In this document: one piece after another, positions 57,883 through 64,000 of the stretch
How the letters are laid out: every line of letters starts with the position of its first letter
Position numbering within the stretch: position 1 is the stretch's first letter
IMG/VR virus record: IMGVR_UViG_3300020172_001601
Span: 62,001-126,000 of that record
Reading direction: 5' to 3' (one strand)
DNA: 64,000 nucleotides
Position numbers and translations under genes: made by a program
Notes under the pieces: generated by a model
Databases searched by the model: none
What the model saw: only the letters and a program-made list of their open reading frames with translations
What the model was told of the DNA's origin: nothing

Positions 57883-58230
57883 ATGGGCAAGAATGATACT
57901 TTGGTTGAAGGACTTCACTACTACATTGACGCAAAGGGCAAGTGGGTATTTACCTCTTACTTTTTGCTCAATCGTGGGTATTGCTGTCACAACGGTTGTC
58001 TTAACTGTCCATATGGTGCTAACATGAAAATCGAACCGGGTCAATATATCTGGAGATCGAAAGATACAGACCTTCCAGTAACAGTTGTTGAGTCCATTGG
58101 CAAAGGCTCGGACGGGCGGTCCTATGTAAAAATCGCCGGTAGCACTACAGCCGTTCCAGCCGATGAACTCATAAAGGTTCCGAATGTGGCACAAGAATCA
58201 CGAAGACCCCAACCGAAGAGACTCTTTTGA
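57883..58230 (+). CDS. DUF5522-like protein
   Basis: VFTSYFLLNRGYCCHNGCLNCPY. Confidence 0.7.
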   Translation: MGKNDTLVEGLHYYIDAKGKWVFTSYFLLNRGYCCHNGCLNCPYGANMKIEPGQYIWRSKDTDLPVTVVESIGKGSDGRSYVKIAGSTTAVPADELIKVPNVAQESRRPQPKRLF

Positions 58231-59146
58231 CGACTTGGTGATTGGGGGTTTACTTATTGTTACCCTTATCCTGTTGGGCGTTATGTCTTTTTATATGATG
58301 ATCTCGTTCATGACAATGACTCGTATTCATCCCATGTAGGCTATATACGGTATGAAAAGGATATGCACATTCAACGAATTCATGGTCTTGAAGGAAGATG
58401 ATCGACGAACTGGTGGAAAGACTGGTTTGTATCCTCTTGGATATGGCGGCATTGGTCTATATCCAGATGCGGACATGATGACTCAATCTGCTGATGCTGT
58501 ATTTTATCTGTCTATTGACAATAGATTGTTCAGCAATGGAGATGCAGCGCCTTTTAGCATTGCCCATTTGCCCGGACATAAACAATATGACAATCCAAAT
58601 TCGGGCGAGAGTGAGCCATTTGACATTCGCCATCTCCCTGGTGATGCTGTTCCTCCGAAAGATAGCCCGTTGGCGGGTAAGTCCATACCGTTCAAGAGTT
58701 TTGTCAAGTTGGTAGAAAAACCAAAAGAAATTTCCCCGCCAGATTCCCCGAACCTTCCCAGGTAGTTAGGGTCTTGTCATGAAGCGTAATCCGATTGCCA
58801 ACTACTGTAAGCAACAAGTAGAGGGCTGGGACAAGCTGCCAGAGTTCATGAATTTCGCCCCTCCTGGCGAAGAGAACTTTTGTTGCAGTTTTCTTCGTCG
58901 TGCTGACGGTATTCAAATGTTGGCGTCGGTGAAAGACCTGAATGCCCTTAATACCATCCATGTCTCTTTGGCTCCTATTCGAGATTGCCGCAAAGACTGG
59001 ACAGATGACGAACACAGCGGACACATATTCGATGTGGCCTTTGAAGTGGTTGAATCCTTTTTCCCCGGTCGAAGGTTTGCACGGCAACCTGATGATCCCC
59101 GCAGACCACAAGTGAAGCATTACTTCGCCATCCTGGAGGCCAATGA

Positions 59147-60796
59147 ATGAACGAATTCCATATTTCGGAAAAAGACAACAACACCACGTTCGTCACAACG
59201 GCGATTGATTATCCGAACGCTCTGCCACATATCGGCACAGCATTCGAGAAGATCGGCGCTGACGTATACGCCCGGTTCCGTCGTTTCCAGGGTCGTGATG
59301 TATATTTCACGATGGGCAACGACGAGAACACTGTGAAGGTTCTCAAAGCAGCAAAAGCCGTAGACAAGCATCCTCAGCCATATGTCGATGAAATGGCCGA
59401 TGCGTTTAAGGCTGTGTGGAAAGAACTCAACATTTCCTTTGACGACTTCATTCAGACCAGTGAAGATCGACACCTGTTGGGTGTTCAGAGATTCCTGCGT
59501 GCTGTGAATTCCGCTGGTTATATTGAGAAGCGACCATACAAGGCTTTGTATTGTGAGGGCTGTGAAGAGTTCAAGAGTCCAAATAGCTTGGACTATGCAA
59601 AGCGATGCCCGAACCATACTGGCACACCTTTGGTGGAACGGGAGGAAGAGAATTACTTCTTTCTTCTGTCTGCATTCAAGCAGCGTGTGGCTGATTTGAT
59701 TTATCCCACTCCATTCCTCACTGCCTTCCTGAGTATTGAGCCTGAGTCTCGCTACAACGAAGTCACTAAGTTCATCGACACGGAACTGACGGATATTTCC
59801 ATCAGTCGCCGTAATGAAGGCTGGGGCATTCCAATTCCGTGGGACGACACCCAAGCCACCTATGTCTGGTTCGACGCTTTGTTGAACTATTTGACTGTGA
59901 TTGGTTTTGGGAACGATTGGGAGAAATTCCAAAAGTATTGGCCTGCTGAAGTTCACTTCATTGGCAAGGACATTACTCGGTTCCACTGTGCATTGTTCCC
60001 GGCAATGTGCATGGCCTATAACGAAGGATGTGATAAGCTGGGTGAGCCTCAATACAAGTTGAAGGCTTTTCCTCAGCGTGTATTTGCACACGGCTTCGTC
60101 AATCAAAAGAAGGGAAGTCAGGTTGTCAAGATTTCCAAGAGCGGAGATTCAATCCGACCTGGAGAACTGATTGAGCAGTTCGGGTCGGATGCGTACAGAT
60201 ACTATTTCTTGTCGAAGTTCAACTACGATACGGACGGTGAATATAGCCTGGACCACTTTAGAGAAGTGTATAACGCCGACCTCGCCAACTCCTTGGGCAA
60301 CCTTGTGAGTCGCACCGTAGGAATGTCGTTGCAGTATTTCGACGGGAAGATTCCACCGATGGTCGCAGAAGGCCAGCCTTGGCTTGATGAGAAGACGGCG
60401 TTGGAATACGAGCAATTTATTGTTGATTGTTGTTCGTATCGGCACGCTATTGAATGGACGTGGAAGATCATCTTCAACGCCAACAAGTTGATCGAGAATT
60501 CAAAGCCGTGGGAATTGGTTAAGTTGCCCGGCAACACCTGTGGTCAGGTGTTGGGCCAACTTGTGGGCAGTCTGAGAATCATCAGTCTGTTGATCCGACC
60601 GTTCACGCCAGCGGTGGCCGAGAAGATTTACACGACGTTTCAGTGGGCTGAAGGATGGAATGAAGTTGATTGGGAGTTCGTTAAGAAGTTGGCGACGAAC
60701 AACTTCCTGGGACTCGAAAACGGTATTGCCATCAACAGGAATGTTTTAGATAATGCTGGAAAGTTTCCGGTGCTTTTTCCGAGAGTCAAATCATGA
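59147..60796 (+). CDS. metG: methionyl-tRNA synthetase
   Basis: TTAIDYPNALPHIG, ISISR..WGIP, YVWFDAL, IGKDI, KISKS, LANSLGNL. Confidence 0.96.
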   Translation: MNEFHISEKDNNTTFVTTAIDYPNALPHIGTAFEKIGADVYARFRRFQGRDVYFTMGNDENTVKVLKAAKAVDKHPQPYVDEMADAFKAVWKELNISFDDFIQTSEDRHLLGVQRFLRAVNSAGYIEKRPYKALYCEGCEEFKSPNSLDYAKRCPNHTGTPLVEREEENYFFLLSAFKQRVADLIYPTPFLTAFLSIEPESRYNEVTKFIDTELTDISISRRNEGWGIPIPWDDTQATYVWFDALLNYLTVIGFGNDWEKFQKYWPAEVHFIGKDITRFHCALFPAMCMAYNEGCDKLGEPQYKLKAFPQRVFAHGFVNQKKGSQVVKISKSGDSIRPGELIEQFGSDAYRYYFLSKFNYDTDGEYSLDHFREVYNADLANSLGNLVSRTVGMSLQYFDGKIPPMVAEGQPWLDEKTALEYEQFIVDCCSYRHAIEWTWKIIFNANKLIENSKPWELVKLPGNTCGQVLGQLVGSLRIISLLIRPFTPAVAEKIYTTFQWAEGWNEVDWEFVKKLATNNFLGLENGIAINRNVLDNAGKFPVLFPRVKS

Positions 60797-60995
60797 GTAG
60801 GTTGTCGTTGGTTCTCGGATTAGTCATTGGGTTTTGGGCGGGCCATTGGTTCGCCCGAACTTCATGGCATCAAAGATGGTACGCTCAGTGGTATGAGGGG
60901 TTTCTCAACGGCGCTGTTGTTGCAGCAATACTGGTAGGCATCTACTTTATTGTCATAAGAAGCCGTAATCAATCTTAGTGGTATAATTAAACACT

Positions 60996-61760
60996 ATGAG
61001 AATCGCATCCGAATTCCACGACTACTACGATGTAGGCATGGCTGAGGGCCAGGATCAATCCTTGGTCTATCAGCGATACCCTATCGTAGAGGAACGGGAG
61101 CATTACCCGTTCGGTTCAATGTATTCAGGCTACAGCCTGAATGCTCGATCTCTTTACGTCCGCTCATATACCATTGGGTTCTGTGGCAAAATGTACAAGG
61201 TATTGGAACTCAATACCTTGGAGAACGGTTCACGCAACGACAAGGAAGGTCGATCTACTCGTAAGTGGGCATACAACCTGCGGGATGTTGACACTTACAT
61301 CCGTCACCATTATCCTAAGCAATACGCTGACTATTTAGAAAAGAATTGGCGGCGTGGCAATGGCTGGTCTGGCGAACAGCGTCAGCACGCCTTTGATTCA
61401 TTCTTCAATGGTCGTAATCAGTGGGATCGCAAGCCTACCGAAGAGGAATTGAACAAGAATGAAGAGTGGCGTCGAAGCTGGTTCGAGAAGCATCGCAGTC
61501 CTATATTCGTAGCTGAGTATTCTACTGTCGCCAACAAATACGGCGGTAGGATCACATATAACGCCCAACTGAAGCCATTTGAGTTTTATCGGGTGTTCGA
61601 TCCTTATCAGGCTTATCAGGAAGTCGCCATGTGGCTTTCTAATCAAGCTGTTCCGATCAAGCCGATTCCAGAGCTTGATGATGTGACAATGGCTGAGAGC
61701 AAAGGTTTCAATAAGTTTAGTTTTAGAAAAGACCCCAGCAGCAAAAAGCGAAAGCACTAG
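60996..61760 (+). CDS. phage hypothetical protein
   Basis: FHDYYD..IGFCGK..DPYQAYQEV. Confidence 0.65.
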   Translation: MRIASEFHDYYDVGMAEGQDQSLVYQRYPIVEEREHYPFGSMYSGYSLNARSLYVRSYTIGFCGKMYKVLELNTLENGSRNDKEGRSTRKWAYNLRDVDTYIRHHYPKQYADYLEKNWRRGNGWSGEQRQHAFDSFFNGRNQWDRKPTEEELNKNEEWRRSWFEKHRSPIFVAEYSTVANKYGGRITYNAQLKPFEFYRVFDPYQAYQEVAMWLSNQAVPIKPIPELDDVTMAESKGFNKFSFRKDPSSKKRKH

Positions 61761-61836
61761 GGGTTGAACGGTGAGTCCAATCGGTAAGGCGCAAGTCGCT
61801 CCGATGTAACTGAGGGTTCGATTCCCTCCAACTCCA
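61760..61836 (+). ncRNA. Ala-type tRNA-like domain without D stem or anticodon (mini tmRNA-like)
   Basis: GGGGTTG/CAACTCC-A (G3:U70), GAGGG-TTCGATT-CCCTC, ATCGG/CCGAT stem capped by GCAA hairpin. Confidence 0.65.
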
Positions 61837-62122
61837 CTATGAATGAAAAACCAGCAGATGGCGTCCGAGGCTTTTTTCTTTACAGTCCGTTTTCGCATCG
61901 GCACTTCTTCCGTGTTTACGGAGAAGTCGATCCGACGACGGGCCATAAGACGTTCACTGATTACAAGGTGTGCGCCGAAGATATAGAAGTCACTATTGAA
62001 GCAAATGGGTTGTCCCTGTATGAAGGGGATGAAGATAAAAACCGTCTCGATTGGTCCAGTCGTGTCTTAGGAAGAGATGGCAAAGACCACCTGGATGTGC
62101 GAACACCAAAAAAGGAACAGTA

Positions 62123-62611
62123 ATGGGACTTGCATTGCGTGTAGATGGAAATACTTATGCTGAGTGGGCATATTCTGGATATGGTCAATTCAGGAAGAAG
62201 ATTGCCGCTCAGGTCGGAATTGATCTCCATCAAATGGAAGGATTTCACAATGTTGATAAGTCAATATTGTCCATTCAGGGTTGGGAAGCCTACCGAGAAG
62301 CAATTGAAACCGATCTGTCCCAGGAGAAGATTAGCTGGGACACAGTGAATGATCCCATCAAGATTTTGCTGAATCATTCTGATTGTGAGGGAGAAATCCC
62401 GGCTGAGGATTGCAAAGTCTTGGCTGACCGGCTTGAGCAAATCATTAAGGAATGGCCTGAGCGGGTTAAATTGAAGACCGATCCTTTCTGGCAGGATCGA
62501 GGCTATCCAGCAGAATTAGACCTGGATGCTTACGACACAACACAGGCAAAGGGTCTTATTGCGGGTTTGCGAGAAGCTGCTAAAATTGGCAAGCCCGTAG
62601 AATTTTCCTGA
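62123..62611 (+). CDS. phage hypothetical protein
   Basis: WAYSGY..LLNHSDCEGEI. Confidence 0.65.
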   Translation: MGLALRVDGNTYAEWAYSGYGQFRKKIAAQVGIDLHQMEGFHNVDKSILSIQGWEAYREAIETDLSQEKISWDTVNDPIKILLNHSDCEGEIPAEDCKVLADRLEQIIKEWPERVKLKTDPFWQDRGYPAELDLDAYDTTQAKGLIAGLREAAKIGKPVEFS

Positions 62612-62961
62612 TACGATCACTCCTTTATTATGTCTGAAAGATATAATGAACCAAGGAGTAAATCATGGACAAAGACTACGCAAAAGCTGTTTCCAACTTC
62701 GAGCAAGCGGGAGCGCACCTGGGAAACTTCGCCACATTATTGTTCACATATCATAAATCGCTATGTGAATCCGGCTTCCAGAGAGACGAAGCATTGGAAT
62801 TGGTGAGAGAACTCCAGACGACCTTATTTGCACAGGCTTTTAATTTCGGCCCACAACCGAGTCAAGATGATGACGACTAAAGTAATCATTGTTAAGCCAG
62901 AAAGATTTGCAGGAACGGTCGCTGTTTATAGGCGACCGTTTTTCGTTACCGGAGCAATACA

Positions 62962-63219
62962 ATGAGTGACTGTGAAGTAGCCCAATTCAAAAGAATAAGC
63001 ATTCCTTTGATGAGGAGGATATATCCTCAGCTTATTGCCAACCAGATATGCAGTGTTCAGCCATTGGCTGGCCCAACTGGTTTAGTGCATTATTTGCGAT
63101 ATAAATATTCTGAGAACAAGGGTGGCATCATCAACACTGATGGCTGGACCATCAAACCCAAGAAGAAAAAGATTTGGCGTGACATCAACGATCCGTGGGA
63201 GCCTTCTAGCAATGGCTAA
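62962..63219 (+). CDS. mini-protein homologous to a segment of T4-like major capsid protein gp23
   Basis: IPLMRRIYPQLIANQICSVQPLAGPTGLVHYLRYKY. Confidence 0.75.
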   Translation: MSDCEVAQFKRISIPLMRRIYPQLIANQICSVQPLAGPTGLVHYLRYKYSENKGGIINTDGWTIKPKKKKIWRDINDPWEPSSNG

Positions 63220-63466
63220 GAATATATGGTATCGTATACGCAAGACGCTTGGGATGTTGTCCTATGAGGAACGTCGCCTTGAATCGACTGAGTGGGCAAG
63301 GAACTCGATCAGGGCGCAAATGATACATCCTGATGTTGTTTTGGACGCATCCAAGATTACAAAGGGGGCCGAGAATATTCCCGGTCCTCAACCCGTTCCC
63401 AAAAAAGAGAAAGTGCGGCCCAGGTCAATTCTCGAAGATTGGGAAGTAACCCAAGATTCGGGCTGA
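63212..63466 (+). CDS. hypothetical protein with C-terminal motif variant
   Basis: KKEKVRPRSILEDWE. Confidence 0.55.
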   Translation: MAKNIWYRIRKTLGMLSYEERRLESTEWARNSIRAQMIHPDVVLDASKITKGAENIPGPQPVPKKEKVRPRSILEDWEVTQDSG

Positions 63467-63510
63467 ACCTTTTGGCAGTGGCGCTCTCTAGGAGTGCAAG
63501 GAGAAATATC

Positions 63511-63915
63511 ATGGCAGTAAAGCAAGTTATCGTTTGGCGACACGATTTGGGTTGTCGAGTCGGGAAGAAGATGTCGCAAGCGGGTCATGCTGCTTTGGCC
63601 GACTTGTCGAACACGATTCGTGACAATGTTGATGCCGAAGGTAATGTATCGTTCAAGCTGTCGCCTGCACAGTTTGAGTGGTATTTGACGAACTTCCGCA
63701 AGATCGTTCTCCGTGTTGACAGTGAGGCCGACCTGTTGCTTCTGTACCATCGGGCGCAGGAAGTGGGGTTGCCGACTGAACTCATCATCGACAGCGGTTT
63801 GACGGAATGGGATCAGCCCACAAAGACTTGCATCGCTATCGGGCCAGCAGAAGATGCCGAGATTGACGAGATCACTGGCGAACGTGGCCCTTTGGGAAGA
63901 TTGAAGTTGATGTGA
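63511..63915 (+). CDS. peptidyl-tRNA hydrolase, Pth2 type
   Basis: KQVIVWRHDL..GKKMSQAGHA, RKIVL, IIDSGLTE, TCIAIGP. Confidence 0.9.
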   Translation: MAVKQVIVWRHDLGCRVGKKMSQAGHAALADLSNTIRDNVDAEGNVSFKLSPAQFEWYLTNFRKIVLRVDSEADLLLLYHRAQEVGLPTELIIDSGLTEWDQPTKTCIAIGPAEDAEIDEITGERGPLGRLKLM

Positions 63916-64000
63916 CCTTTACTGAATGGTGATTTTTGTGGTATATAATACAATACCATGATTGCAACCATCATAATTGCCGCAGCGACCTTTTTCGTCC

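Noticed and set aside
62962-63219. Functional major capsid gene
   Set aside because: Only about 40 aa of homology in an 85-aa ORF, and no structural module nearby

Overview
This is almost entirely + strand, gene-dense DNA that looks like a jumbo/huge phage (T4-like gp32 SSB and a gp23 fragment, its own sigma factor, no rRNA). The host is possibly a planctomycete (weak inference), and the genetic code appears standard. The window has four main parts. (1) A complete prokaryotic ubiquitin-like operon: E2-like x2, JAB protease, ThiF/E1 and a Ubl ending GVKG, plus two further E2-like paralogs. (2) A dispersed array of about 52 tRNA genes, many structurally non-canonical. It is interleaved with about 20 tRNA-shaped ncRNAs lacking a normal anticodon loop and a family of Y-RNA-like RNAs, two of them grafted into tRNA scaffolds and one directly behind the Ro60/TROVE gene. 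(3) Translation maintenance and rescue genes: TrpRS, truncated GluRS, IleRS, MetRS, RRF, Pth2, ClpS, an L7/L12-like domain, NADAR and SPFH. (4) Many small hypothetical ORFs. The top findings are a prfB-like CUU-UGG +1 frameshift needed to make TrpRS, the Ro60/Y-RNA/tRNA-mimic repertoire, the phage ubiquitin operon, a stand-alone Gol-like capsid peptide and a C-terminal peptide motif shared by unrelated ORFs. All calls come from reading the sequence by eye with no database searches, and RNA ends may be off by a few nt.
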